Below, in pieces: positions 26,131 to 39,271 of a DNA stretch of 64,000 bases. The position numbers and the translations under genes are program-made. Position 1 is the stretch's first letter. The number at the start of each line of letters is the position of its first letter. Under the pieces are notes generated by a model, which was given only the letters and a program-made list of their open reading frames with translations, did no database searches and had not been told where the DNA came from. Location: the NCBI GenBank assembly GCA_051362555.1, contig CM120643.1, positions 24,556,848-24,620,847 of the forward strand. The letters run 5' to 3'. The stretch is from Lingula anatina. Lineage: Eukaryota > Animalia > Brachiopoda.

Positions 26131-27520
26131 ATAGGCCCACCGGGTTGATATGGCGTTGTCAAATTTCTATTTCAGATTATAAACGTTTCAGCACCTTCAG
26201 TATTGCTGGGGAAGAGGGGGTGGAATTAAATATGTATTACTATTTGTGGATATTTGGATATTTGAGCATATTACTGTATTCTGATACAATTTTTAAGTTT
26301 AAAGCCCTAGTAAGGGAAAAGTTTGTTTTCGTAAATGCTCGTAATTTTTGTTTATATGCCAAGTTTACACTCCAGTTAATTTATCCTCATCCCTATGAGT
26401 AATACAATACTGCTGGCGGAACGGCTGTTTTTTCTTTTCTTTTTTTTTTTTTTTTTTTTTGGGGGGGGGGGGGGGGTATGGGAGTGGGCTGTGCGAACAA
26501 CAACATAGTTTGTTTGGAAATGCAATTATTCTATAACTTTTACATAATTTAAGAATTTAAGTAATGTGTAGGTTAGAATAATTTGAATTCTAATCATAGT
26601 ATCTTAAGACATCGTAAGAAACTCAAAGTAATTGTACCGACCTATTCATCCAGTCTTGAAAAGTCGATTATCACTGATTTTTTACGAAACTGTTGACTTG
26701 ATATTCATGAGTACAGGGTGGACGTGAACCGCAATCGGTCTCTAGAAAAACGGGACTCTCCCGCAATCCAAAAAATTTCGTAATTGAAACACCCGTTTTT
26801 TTCTTTTGAAAATAATCAGTGTGCGCTTAAAGGTAGCCTTGATGGAGCGTAAAACCACTTTTATCAGTTTCTTATACAATTCAAAAATAATACACAGGCC
26901 ATTCGATTAAATGTCATTATAAGCGTCCTCTCATTTTATGCGTTCCAATCTTTATTCAATATTTCATGTGAAACATGTATGGTGTTCATGAGTTGGAAAG
27001 GGTAGCCATTGCATATCCCCAAACTTCCCCACATTGTAAAGAGTAGTTCACGGAAACAATACGACCTATATGGATAATTTTCACGTGCGTTTCGGTCGCA
27101 CTCAAAACGAAATGATAAAGATTCTAGAAGCTGAGTTCACACGAAAGTTAATCACCCCCTAGCAGCTCCAGGATTGCTAATCTGATTGCATACAGTGAGA
27201 ATCCTGGTGGAGTTGGATCAATCAACGTAGAATGATAGTTTCGTTGGGAACGCACCCTTAGATTCCGTTTGTAATTATAATTCTTAAAATCGAAGAACAT
27301 CTTAAAATGTTTCGGACTATCGAACCTTCGGACTAATGAACCTTCGGACTATCGAACCTTCGGACTAATGAACCTTCGGACCAATGGACCTTTAATTTTC
27401 GGACTAATGAACCTTCGGACCAATGAACCTTTTTGTTGAAAATCTGATGAAAAATTTACGAATTTTCGGACCAATGAACCTTCGGACCAATGAACCTTCG
27501 GACTATCGAGACGCCCCCCC
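25321..27520. mobile_element. Foldback/MULE-like non-autonomous element with subterminal ~16-17 bp tandem repeats
   Basis: GGGGCCGTAGCGATAGTCCGAAGG left end and CCTTCGGACTATCGAGACGCCCC right end. Arrays of GTCCGAAGGTTC(A/G) at 25333-25515 and inverted at 27311-27508. Confidence 0.8.
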
Positions 27521-29804
27521 ATTAGGATGCAACATCTTACATGACCCAAAAATAAATAGTATATTCACAGCTGTGAGGTACCTGTACGTCTTTTGGTTAA
27601 GTAATGGGTTCTGTTATCACCATCATTAAAGTATTGGGAGGTAGGGTTTTCAGCGTTTGACGTCAGTTCTTGCATTTTACGGTTTATATTTCCTGTATAT
27701 GGGCATAAATTCAGGTATTTTTATTAATGCTGTAGGTTATGAAATATTTAAAGATATTCATAAGCATCTGTTTTCAGACTCTACTATTTCTTATTTTATA
27801 ATAAAATCTTAAATCTTTTGCTATTTTCAAATTTCTTTTATTCTGCAACTATGATATCATCTTGATTCAGATTTTTTATTGCAATTCAATAATAAGAATA
27901 TATATTATAAGAACATTTATAGTTCTAGTTCTGTTGCCTGCTTTTTCTAGTTCTCATTTTCTATTTTGATTGTGAAAACATCTGCTTCCAATTTCTTCAA
28001 GTTGGAAATTTCTGCTTTAAACCTGTGGTTTTCCTTTCTCATCATTTGTCTTACATATTTTAGTTGGATTATCACTAGTTGTTGCCTGTCAAGTCTTTCA
28101 ACCAGTTTCATCAGTGCATCATCACTAACTTCAACATGGTGTTGTGTATTTGGTGTCAGTGCTGTCATATCTACAGCATGGTTACAATGATAAACATGGT
28201 CTTCACCATGGTGTATGCCATTACAATGATTTGTATAAGTAATGTATGTAGTGTGTATAAATGCTGAAGGCTTGGACTTAATAAAGGACTTATAAGTTGG
28301 AACTGAAGATGTGAGTTTGTGGTTATATTCCCTCTCCCATGCATCAGTGACAAGTAAAATATTAGAAGAACCTGGGTAGGGAGGAACAGGGTCACTGCGG
28401 GGAAGGGATATATAGCTATGGATCCAACTTTGAAGATGAGTATGTGTATGAAGATGATGACTGGGATTCTGAAAAGGACTATAATATTAACGGCAGACTG
28501 GTAGATTGCCTATCCAAGCTAGCCGACTTGTTACAGAGACAATATGGCTGTTTGCAGCAACAGAATAATGACATTACTCCAGAATCTGAAATATAACAAG
28601 AAGTTAAAGAAAGAAACCAAGGCAAAGTAGATGAATTATTAGAAATGGAGAAGGGAACTAATGATGAGACACTGACTACAGCTAATGAGGATGGATGTAT
28701 AAATGAGATGAAGTTTGTAATCGAACATGATGTAACGGTAGATGAGGAAAATGATGGAAATGAATTCAACAAGAACATTATGATTATAAATGAACAAGAG
28801 GTAGAAAAGGGAACCGATTTCGTGAAAGGGGAGAAATGTGAAGGGTATGTCGAGAAAGAACAAGAGCTACGATTGAAAATTAACTGATGATGATGACAAC
28901 AGATTAATTGAAAGAGAGAGTAGAATAGGTGAACTGAAGTATTATGAGAAACCTGATGTAGTTGAAAAGGCTTTAACAGATGATGTAAAGAATACGGATG
29001 AAGGACTTGATGATGATGATGACCCAAAGTCTGTGGAGAAACATGGTGTAGATGAAAAGGCTGTAACGGATTATGTAAAGAAAGCTGATGAAGGACTTAA
29101 TGATGAACCGATGGAAATGGATTTTTCTAATTTCAAAGATACAGACAGAGACAAACTTACTGAAGTAGAGATGAAACAAAGTGCAGTGTAGAGAATGAAG
29201 ACAAACAATTAAGGTTCAGACACAGAAAATGTTTATGAGAATGCAAAAGAATGGACAGATGTAAAATGGGAATTTCACAGAGACAGCAAAAAGGTGCAGA
29301 GAAAGTTTATGGCAAAGAAACTAAAATGGGCACTTCTTCCACACTGCAAATTAAGATACGATTTGTTTTTTAATATTAAGTTAAAGGATGATACAATATT
29401 TGTCTGAGTTGTACTGTAGGTGTGAAAAAAAGAGATATATTGGATTTATAGAAATTTACCATTCGGCTAAGTATTTGATAGTCATGTTTCAATGTTTCAT
29501 AACTTCAATATTTGAAAACGATAAGATTTAAATGTGCTTACAACTTAGGTTAAAAACGAATTATATAGAATAAGTGAAAATATGTTTTTTTTCTATTAAT
29601 GGTAATTTGAATTCCAACATGTAGGGAAATTTCCAAGATATATGTGTCATGGAAGAAAGAAAATAGTTTAATTGTCAGCGACAGTTACTCAACTTCCCTA
29701 CTTAATGAACTCTGCCAATAGTGAACGCATTCAACACCGTAACTGAGCAGTTTTTGCGTCCAGCTGCTATATAAGCCGGACGTTTTCTACAGCGGTATGC
29801 AGTG

Positions 29805-30860
29805 CGGCCTACGACTCCGCGGTCACCCCGGCGGCTCGACAGCAGCGGTTGTCTCCAGCGCCTCGCACCGGCCTACGACTCCGCGGTCACCCCGGCGGCT
29901 CAACAGCAGCGGTTCTCTCCAGCGCCTCGCACCGGCCTACGACTCCGCGGTCACCCGGCGGCGCGACAGCAGCGGTTCTCTCCAGCGCCTCGCACCGGCC
30001 TACGACTCCGCGGTCACCCGGCGGCGCGACAGCAGCGGTTCTCTCCAGCGCCTCGCACCGACCTACGACTCCGCGGTCACCCCGGCGGCTCGACAGCAGC
30101 GGTTCTCTCCAGCGCCTCGCACCGGCCTACGACTTTGCAGTCACCCCGGCGGCTCGACAGCAGCGGTTCTCTCCAGCGCCTCGCACCGGCCTACGACTCC
30201 GCGGTCACCCCGGCGGCTCGACAGCAGCGGTTCTCTCCAGCGCCTCGCACCGGCCTACGACTCCGCGGTCACCCCGGCGGCTCGACAGCAGCGGTTCTCT
30301 CCAGCGCCTCGCACCGGCCTACGACTCCGCGGTCACCCCGGCGGCTCGACAGCAGCGGTTCTCTCCAGCGCCTCGCACTGGCCTACGACTCCGCGGTCAC
30401 CCCGGCGGCTCGACAGCAGCGGTTCTCTCCAGCGCCTCGCACGGGCCTACGACTCCGCGGTCACCCCGGCGGCTCGACAGCAGCGGTTCTCTCCAGCGCC
30501 TCGCACCGGCCTACGACTCCACAGTCACCCCGGCGGCTCGACAGCAGCGGTTCTCTCCAGCGCCTCGCACCGGCCTACGACTCCGCGGTCACCCCGGCGG
30601 CTCGACAGCAGCGGTTCTCTCCAGCACCTCACACCGGCCCACGACTCCGCGGTCACCCCGGCGGCTCGACAGCGGTCTACTCCTGCGCCACTCATCTGCC
30701 CTAGACTCGACGGTCACCCCGGCGGCTCGACAGCGGTCTACTCCTGCGCCACTCATCTGCCCTAGACTCGACGGTCACCCCGGCGGCTCGATATCGGTCT
30801 ACTCGACTCCTGCGCCACTCATCTGCCCACGACCCAGCAGTCATCCCGGCGGCTTACGAC
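29805..30860 (+). repeat. 64-bp GC-rich minisatellite in BEL 5' LTR
   Basis: About 13 full units of CGGCCTACGACTCCGCGGTCACCCCGGCGGCTCGACAGCAGCGGTTCTCTCCAGCGCCTCGCAC, then about 3 related units. Confidence 0.92.
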
Positions 30861-31053
30861 AGTGGTATCTCTCGATAGCAGTTTAACCGACAGCGATCCA
30901 TTTCGATTTGGTTTAATTTCATTTTCATTCAATTTTTGTAACCATTTATTCGCTATTAAATTATTTATTTATTTATTTTCTTTGTTCTTGTTGCTTCTAT
31001 CACCGTCTCGTCCTCAACATTGGTCTCGCGAGCCGGATTTCAACACCGACGGC

Positions 31054-34000
31054 ATGGATGAACGGAGATTGAAAGCCGCAAGAACCGGACGCCTGGCTGC
31101 CTTCACTAAACGTGTGCTGAAAGCAAGACAGCTCATCCACGATGAATCCACTAGAAAACATCGGTTGTCGGAGATGAAAGACGAAATAACTACTCTAAAA
31201 AAGGAATGCGAAACTGCTAACTTGAAATACATCGACATTCTGGAAGATGAAATGGCCATCACAGACGCCCAGATCTGGTTTGCTGACGTTGAAGAAACCT
31301 GCACAGATTGTTTGGGAGAAATCTCCGAGGTTATACAAGTGACCAAGGAACAGCCGCAGCCAATTCAACAGCCTATATCCCAAGAGCCCCAAGTCCATGA
31401 TGTTCTCGTCGCACCTACCCCAGCACCAATAGACGCATGGATTGATAAACTTGTTCCATATAGTGAGACTGTTTTAGCCACACCCAATGATTCAGACATT
31501 GTCAAGTCCTATGAAGAATTACTTCTGAAGTGCATGTTCGAGAAGGATGCTCCGCAAGCCTCCATATCGCCATTCAACGGGTCTGCACTAGACTGGCCAA
31601 GGTTTGCTGAACTATTTTACAAAGAAGTGCACAAGCAACCCTATTTTAAGGATACCCGGCGCATGTGGTTACTACAGAGCAGTGTAACTGGTCAAGCAAA
31701 ACAACATATCGCGGGATATGGAATCGATGGTGCAGCATATGCCATAGCCTTGAAAGCTCTAAAACACAGATTCGGACATAGATCGCTGGTGGCCCGAGCA
31801 TTTTTGGAACGAGTGACAGATGGCCCAACAATCAAGGACCGGGACCGGGTACAACTTGAATCGTTTTATGTCAACATCCGAGACTGTATTTTTATTCTAA
31901 AGCGGATGAATTATCAAGCAGACGTCATGAATTTGGAGACGGTACGACGTTGTACACTTCGCCTCCCACTACGTATGAGAGAACGTTGGGCTGAGTGCTG
32001 CCGTATTCTGCGAACAACCCACGAACCAACTCTAGAAGATTTGGAAGGCTGGTTATCAGACAGAGTAACTTCACTATTTGATCCACTCCTCGCAGAAGAT
32101 GTTTATGAGACGGTTCAACCCAGAAATCGTAAAGCGTCCTCCTTTCACACTACTCAGCCTGTTCCTGAGGAGAGAAAACCTGTTGACCATCCATTCTCCA
32201 AGACGCCATCTTCGAGACCCTCTTCGCAGTTCACCTGTGTTGTTTGTGGATGTCTCCATGCACTTTACAAGTGTGAACTTTATCTAACAATGACAACAAA
32301 GAAACGGTTTGAATGCGTCAATTCCCATCGACTTTGCAGGAATTGTCTACGGCAAGGACACATTGCATCTGATTGTACCTCCCCTGGGCGCTGCAGAGCT
32401 GATAATTGCAACAAGAGACATCACACAACTCTCCATGACGTCCCACAGGAAGTTTACCACCCTCGATCCACGTGTGTATCTTCCAGTGCAGTGCAGGCAG
32501 AAGTACAGGCCCCGTCAGCAACTGAAAAAGCTCAACCCAAGAGATCCTTTGCTACGCAAAATCCTAATTCTGAAGTTTATCTGCAAGTTGTTCCTGTGAT
32601 CGTGACGTCACCCACCGGTGAGAAGATCAACACTAGTGCCTTACTAGACTGTGGAAGTCAACTAACTATGATACGCCGTGATTTAGCCAGTCAGCTCAAC
32701 TTGTCTGGTCCAATGGAGATCCTACAGATGGGAACAGTAACTCGAGATGAAGATTGCCAGCGAGCACAGCTAGTCAGCTTTACCATTTCCTCAGCCATTG
32801 AAGACAATGATGCCTCTTTCCCAGTTCAGCAGGCATGGGTGGTAGACAAGTTGAACATACCCCCGCAACGCTCCGTCAAGATCAACAATTTGCCACACCT
32901 CCGAGATCTGAAAGATGTTTTACCAGACTGACCTGATATTGGCTTGTTAATCGGTGGTGATATACCTGACATCATGGTCCAGACAGACATCAGACGTGGT
33001 CCTCCGGGAACTCCCATAGCTATAAAGACTGGTCTTGGTTGGTCACTTCTTGGAAGATTGGCAGACCCGACTACGAAACAGCACCGTCTTCACGTCCTCC
33101 ACGCTAGTTTCAAGTCCATTGACAGAGGGGATGCTGATCAACTTGAGAAATTTTTCACGACAGAATCATTTGGTTGCAAGTTTGAAGGCAATGCAGCAAC
33201 TTCCGTAGATGACAGACATGCCCAGAGCCAGCTTGACCAGAAAACCAGCTATAAATCTGGACGTTACTCGGTTCCAATGCTGTGGAAAAACGAAGATACA
33301 GTTTTACCCTCAAACTACGTAATGGCTCTCAAGCGTTACCAGTTCCTGTGCCGCAAGTTGAGAACCAATCCAGAGCGATTCCGCAGCTACTCTGAAATTA
33401 TCAACACATGGCTGGAGAAAGGTTATGCCAGAAAGATGACGGACAGTGAAGTCCATACACAGAGCCCCATCACCTGGTATTTGCTGCATCATGACGTTTA
33501 CACTTCGAATAAGACCAGAGTCGTTCAAGACTGTGCAGCCAGATATGCAGGGACGTCGCTGAACGACAAGTTACTTACAGGTCCAGACCTCCTCAACAGT
33601 TTGACAGCAGTTCTACTGAACTTCCGACGGGGATCCATTGGTTTATCTGCAGACATTGAGTCCATGTTTCACAGAGTGCTGTGTTTGAAAACTGACAGAG
33701 ACTGTTTACGTTTCCTGTGGTCTGATGATCTACGCATTGAAAAGCCTGACACGTATCAGATGTGCGTTTATCCATTTGGTGCCAAGTCGTCTCCCACGTG
33801 TGCCAACTATGCTTTGCGCTGTACAGCAACTGACAACGCCGACAAGTTTTCTTCCCTAGCAGTTGAAACTACACTGCGGAACTTCTACATGGATGATTTA
33901 TGTACCAGTCAACCATCTGTGGGCCTCGCCATATCCTTATCCCATGAATTTGTGGATCTACTGAGCATTGGTGGATTTCGTTTGACGAAGTGGGTATCCA

Positions 34001-34122
34001 ACTCCAGAGATGTATTGTCCTCCCTCCCTGCATCAGAAGTTGCTATCAAGAACTTTGTCCTCTCTATGGATGCCTTGCCTTCCCAGCGGGTACTCGGCTT
34101 CATATGGGACACTAATGATTAA
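31054..34122 (+). pseudogene. BEL/Pao gag-pol polyprotein, nonsense codon and 3' truncation
   Basis: ATG at 31054. Three Cys/His knuckles (CVVCGCLH..C, CRNCLRQGHIASDC, CRADNCNKRHH), protease LLDCGS, in-frame TGA at 32929-32931, RT (PFGAKSSP, FYMDD), ends RVLGFIWDTND*. RNase H and integrase absent. Confidence 0.9.
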
Positions 34123-34313
34123 TTATATATTTAATTTTTGACACTGTCGCTTCCAGTTAGTCGTGTTACTGCGAGGGGGTATGTCAGCGACAGTTACTCA
34201 ACTTCCCTACTTAATGAACTCTGCCAATAGTGAACGCATTCAACACCGTAACTGAGCAGTTTTTGCGTCCAGCTGCTATATAAGCCGGACGTTTTCTACA
34301 GCGGTATGCAGTG

Positions 34314-34860
34314 CGGCCTACGACTCCGCGGTCACCCCGGCGGCTCGACAGCAGCGGTTATCTCCAGCGCCTCGCACCGGCCTACGACTCCGCGGTCACC
34401 CCGGCGGCTCGACAGCAGCGGTTCTCTCCAGCGCCTCGCACCGGCCTACGACTCCGCGGTCACCCCGGCGGCTCGACAGCAGTGGTTCTCTCCAGCGCCT
34501 CGCACCAGCCTACGACTCCGCGGTCACCCCGGCGGCTCGACAGCAGCGGTTCTCTCCAGCGCCTCGCACCGGCCTACGACTCCGCGGTCACCCCGGTGGC
34601 TCGACAGCAGCGGTTCTCTCCAGCACCTCGCACCGGCCCACGACTCCGCGGTCACCCCGGCGGCGCGACAGCGGTCTACTCCTGCGCCACTCATCTGCCC
34701 TAGACTCGACGGTCACCCCGGCGGCTCGACAGCGGTCTACTCCTGCGCCACTCATCTGCCCTAGACTCGACGGTCACCCCGGCGGCTCGATATCGGTCTA
34801 CTCGACTCCTGCGCCACTCATCTGCCCACGACCCAGCAGTCATCCCGGCAGCTTACGACA
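34314..34860 (+). repeat. 64-bp minisatellite in BEL 3' LTR
   Basis: About 5 full units of the same repeat plus related units. Confidence 0.9.
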
Positions 34861-35370
34861 GTGGTATCTCTCGATAGCAGTTTAACCGACAGCGATCCAT
34901 TTCGATTTGGTTTAATTTTATTTTCATTCAATTTTTGTAACCATTTATTCGCTATTAAATTATTTATTTATTTATTTTCTTCGTTCTTGTTGCTTCTATC
35001 ACCGTCTCGTCCTCAACATTAATGATATATCTGATATTAAATTGTTTAATTGAGGAGATTTTAAATGTACAGTCCATCAGAAAAGCTGTTTAAACAATCT
35101 GTATGACAACTGGACATTTTTCTTTGTCAAAATTAATATTTTGGAAACATTTAAAATTTAATTTCATTAAAATAATGACATATCTTTGTGCAGAAATGAA
35201 ATGGATAATGAACTGAATTAATTACCATTGTTAGTTAAAGTAATATTTAATAGAATAATATTTTTTTGTAGTTGAATCATGACATAGATATTTTGTATAA
35301 GTATTTAGCTGTTAAAATGTTATCTTTGAGTATTCTGTGGAATCTATATTTCAAAAAATTATGTATCCAT

Positions 35371-35406
<36 letters not shown>

Positions 35407-36304
35407 TGGGAAAAGAAGGAATATGTTAAGGTCCATGCACTGAAGGCAAGTGATAAACTCACTCCTCTACATATTATGTTTATATAATCAGTCAGCACAT
35501 TATCATTCACCTTGCTTCAGTCTTGAATGAATATCTAAAATCATCATCCTTTGTATATGTATACCTGATAAGTAGAACTGATATAACTTTCACTCACTTG
35601 TTATCTATTGCATTGCAATTAGTATTTAAATGAGTTGCTGCCACTGTGGCATGCAGAGAGATTCCCTGTAGATAGTGTGTACCAGTATAAATGCTGAAGG
35701 CTTGGACTTAATAAAGGACTTAAAAGTTGGAACTGAAGATGTGAGTTAATTGTGGTTATATTCCCTCTCCCATGCATTGACATAATTTGATATAAGAGAG
35801 CTTAAACTATTTAAGGTGATCTTTTTCATGTATAACCGTAATCAAGATATTATGTGTTGTGCACATTTAGTATAATGGTAAAAAATGACATAATTGTATT
35901 AAGACTATTAAAGTATGGAAAGGAACAGGAACACTGTGCAGAAAAGAAAAAAATAAGCTCTTCACAGTTACTTTATTACTTTACAGACACAAACAAACAG
36001 ATCAAAAACATATAGTTATATTTGGAATCTTTAATTCAATTATCATGAACATATCAAAAACCAATTAGGTCATTTAAACATTTTTGCTTAATTTACTATA
36101 TTGCTGTTGAAAATTAAATGGAAATTGCCTGTGACACAAAGCTGCCATTGAAGCAGTACTAGCCTAATGAAAATGTATCTTTTCATCAGCAATTTTACTG
36201 GTAGCTATATATATTCTAGGAATTAGCACATCTAAATTCAACATATCAGTAAGCTTTTACTTAGGTTATTATATTGAAAATTAGCACAGTCCATTCTTGT
36301 CTTA

Positions 36305-36519
36305 GGCTGTATTCCCAGAGCTTTTAGATCGATCTATCCCCGCGGGGAGTCTCACTAGATTACTGTCAGATAATCCGGCTTAAATGTCCGTCCCGCCTAC
36401 TACAAGCTGTAAGGGGGTAATTAACTTTCGTGTCCGCTCGGCTGACAGCTATTTAGCGTGAACCCCCAGGGAGTTAGGACGATCTAAAGTAGATCGATCT
36501 AATCTCTGGAAATGGGGTC
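36305..36519. mobile_element. MITE (PIF/Harbinger-like)
   Basis: Imperfect TIRs with TAGATCGATCTA, TTA on both sides. Inverted copy at 40836-41051 and a degenerate one near 51625-51810. Confidence 0.7.
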
Positions 36520-36644
36520 TTAGTCACAGTTGTGTCATTCACTCAGCTTATTTATTGTCACCGTTGAGTACAGACAACACAGTTCTGTTTCGTTTATGGT
36601 CATTGTAAAGTGCCAATATTATGAACCATATTAAATCTTCTTCA

Positions 36645-39271
36645 CTATTTAGTACAGACAACACATGCCAGTTCTCTTCCATCCACATATGGTGGACAGG
36701 GCAGGGAACCACACTGAGATTCAGCAGTTTGGAACAAGGCACCATTTTTGTTCTCTTGACCACCAGCTACCACTTCTGGAGCTTCATCAAGGCACACAAA
36801 CTCTGTTCTATGGTGATTATCATATTCTGATACCAGGTATCCATTGTACTCTGTTGTCCACCCAGCTGGACATGTCTTCTTGGCTGGTATCATCACATGA
36901 CTGGGGTGTGTTTGGGTGTAGCATACAGCACAGGGGGCATCATGTTGTTGAAAATTTTGACCTCCTGTATGGGTTGTTGAAAATATGTTTGAGTAAATAC
37001 TCTCATATTCCACACCATGTACAGGTATGTAAGAACCAGTACCTTGCCCTCCATCTTGGTATTTCCCCCACTCTGGTGTCTGTGGCAAACACAGGTAATT
37101 ACTGCCTCCTCCAGTTTGGGTCCAGTAAGTTCCAGCAGCTATCCCTGAAAAAGTTTATAAATTATCATAGGGGCCAACATTGAAAAGAAAAACTTTAATA
37201 CAAGTAAATTACTTATCTTTGGACACATATTTAGAAAAGAATTTCAAGTATTTACCTGCATACAAAAGCTGTGAATGTGCTGCACAGGTTGTTCTGCCCC
37301 AGCGTTTGTAAACTGCCCCACCAAGGCTGGTATTGGCTGGTAAACCTGAAAACATGCATAAAACCTAGGAGCCAAAATTTGTACACTGCTCCAACATGGT
37401 GCTCCAACATGGTGCTCCAATATGGCTGGTATCTAGTACCTCCGTTTTCGTCCTTTGGCCCCATCAAGATATTATGATTCCAGTACTAACTGATCAGCCA
37501 ACTAAATATGGCTGACCATATACTTCAAAAGAGATGCCCCTGATTCTCTATGGTCTCCCCACCTCCACACACAGCATCACTGCAGAGGTCTAGCAATTAA
37601 ACCTTGGAGCCAAGATTTAATCTGTTTAACACTGCGTGTGATGGCGGCAGAATGGGGCCTTACATGCTTATGGTACCCTTAACAGCCGCAAAAATATACA
37701 TGAAAATATACATTAAATTTAGACAAACATACTGTATATACCTGCCTCACCATGTTATATATACTGTGCCAACATTGTAATACATTTAGGTGATACATCA
37801 ATTGGTAACTTGGTATAATAAATTAATATATTTGGGCATGGCTGTAGAAGCTCTGACATATAGGACCGGTACATACCAGTAGGTTTAGGAACATTCTGAA
37901 GTTTTGCGATTATAAATTCTATGATGTCTTTTGTCAAAGATCCAGCGTCACCTTTGGCACCAGGTGGTCCCTGAAAGAACGAAAGAAACAGCTAACGTAC
38001 ATGTAATTGAAGATGTCATTGATAAAAATCATAGTTATTAAGTCTTTCTTTTTAATTATTTATAGTGAGCTTTAGATGATTTGAAGTTTTTGCCAGTATT
38101 TGAACATGATTACAGTATGTCTTTTTTATGCTTTGATAATCAAAATGAGAGAAATTTGTAATATAGAAGTCACCTGCAACCCGTCCCTTCCATTTAACCC
38201 TGGGAGACCATCTCTACCATCTCGTCCATTTTTTCCATCTTTCCCTGGTGGACCTTGAGGACCCTGAGGACCTTGTGGGTAGCAATGACTGCCAACTGAA
38301 AGTGGAGTTCCCAGTTGGTTCTGTTTAGGATGTGCTTACTTAATTTTGCACTTCAAATAATCTACCAGAGCATCTAGAATGCATGTCTGATTTCTTTATG
38401 CCAAAGATGCATAATAGTTGTTCGTTTATGCCCTTTTTTTAAACATATTTAACCTGTAAGTTACACAAGCCAAGCAAGTAAACTCCCACTTTATAAAAAC
38501 TGTTGTGTTAGGATCCAACATTTTAAATGACCCAAGAATAAATATTATACAGTACTCACAGTTGCAAGGTACTTGTCTTTTGGTTAAGTAATGGGTTTTG
38601 TTATCACCATCATTTGAGTACTGGGAGGTAGGGTTTTCAGTGTTTGGTGACAGTTCTTCCAGTTTAAGGCTTATTTCCTGTATTTTGGCCTAAAATATGA
38701 TAGCTTTATAGGTTATAAATTTAAAGATGTTCTTGGGCATCTTTTTTCAGCCTTTCCTTTGACAATAAAACCTTAAATTTTTTGCTATTTTCACAGTTCT
38801 TTTGATATCATCTTGATTAAGATATTTTGTATTGCACTTCAATATAAAAGCAATCTGTGTGTTCTCAATATGTGCCTAACAGTTGAAAAATTTTAGGATA
38901 TTCTTTAATATATATATACAGCTAAAGCAATACTATATTTATAATATGAATGTAAAAAATTTATAGCTCTTAGCTCTGTTGCATATTTTTCTACCTTCAT
39001 GTTTTTATTTTCTATTTTGATTGTGTGAACATCTGCTTCCAATTTCTTCAACTTGGAAATTTCTACTTTAAAAATGCTATTTTCCTCTCTCAGCATATGT
39101 CTTCCATGTTTTAGTTGGATTATCTCCTGTTCTTGTCTGTCCAGTCTTTCAACCAGTTTCGTCAATGCATCATCACTGACTTCAACATGTTGTGCATTTG
39201 ATGTCAGTGCTGTCATAACAGCAGCAGTTATGTACAATGAGAAACATACTCTTCACCATGGTATATGCCAT
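36645..39271 (-). pseudogene. Short-chain collagen paralogue A3, 6 exons, frameshifted signal peptide
   Basis: Exons 38995-39271, 38560-38689, 38174-38295, 37877-37970, 37256-37345, 36645-37144 are otherwise open. A 4-nt insertion near 39232 shifts frame relative to A4, and a 6-nt insertion adds PV in NC1. Confidence 0.7.

Larger units (their letters stand above)
24409..28221 (-). pseudogene. Short-chain collagen paralogue A2 remnant
   Basis: Decayed exon 1 (about 27948-28221; donor lost, TAG), exon 2 (about 27573-27705) and truncated collagen exon (about 24409-24492). No NC1 exon. Intron 2 is filled by DNA elements. Confidence 0.8.
29673..35018 (+). mobile_element. BEL/Pao LTR retrotransposon, internally deleted
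   Basis: LTRs 29673-31019 and 34182-35018 (TGT...ACA), 5-bp TSD TTAAT, tRNA-Tyr-like PBS TGGTCTCGCGAGCCGGAT at 31021, PPT GAGGGGG before 34182. Confidence 0.95.
28249..35782 (+). mobile_element. Older LTR-like element with ~100-bp terminal direct repeats, host of the BEL insertion
   Basis: 28249-28352 is similar to 35673-35782 (TATAAATG..AATAAA..TGACA). Decayed acidic ORF inside. Collagen upstream sequence resumes at about 35778. Confidence 0.6.

Noticed and set aside
28479-29179. Minus-strand His/Ser/Phe-rich ORFs
   Set aside because: Reverse complement of the purine-rich acidic region; compositional artefact.
29805-30700. CRISPR-like regular repeats (also 8241-8445 and 25333-25515)
   Set aside because: Head-to-tail units without unique spacers, eukaryotic context and no cas genes.
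29797-30886. Three overlapping 300-345 aa ORFs, with counterparts at 34306-34764
   Set aside because: They are translations of the stop-free 64-bp GC-rich LTR minisatellite, not genes.
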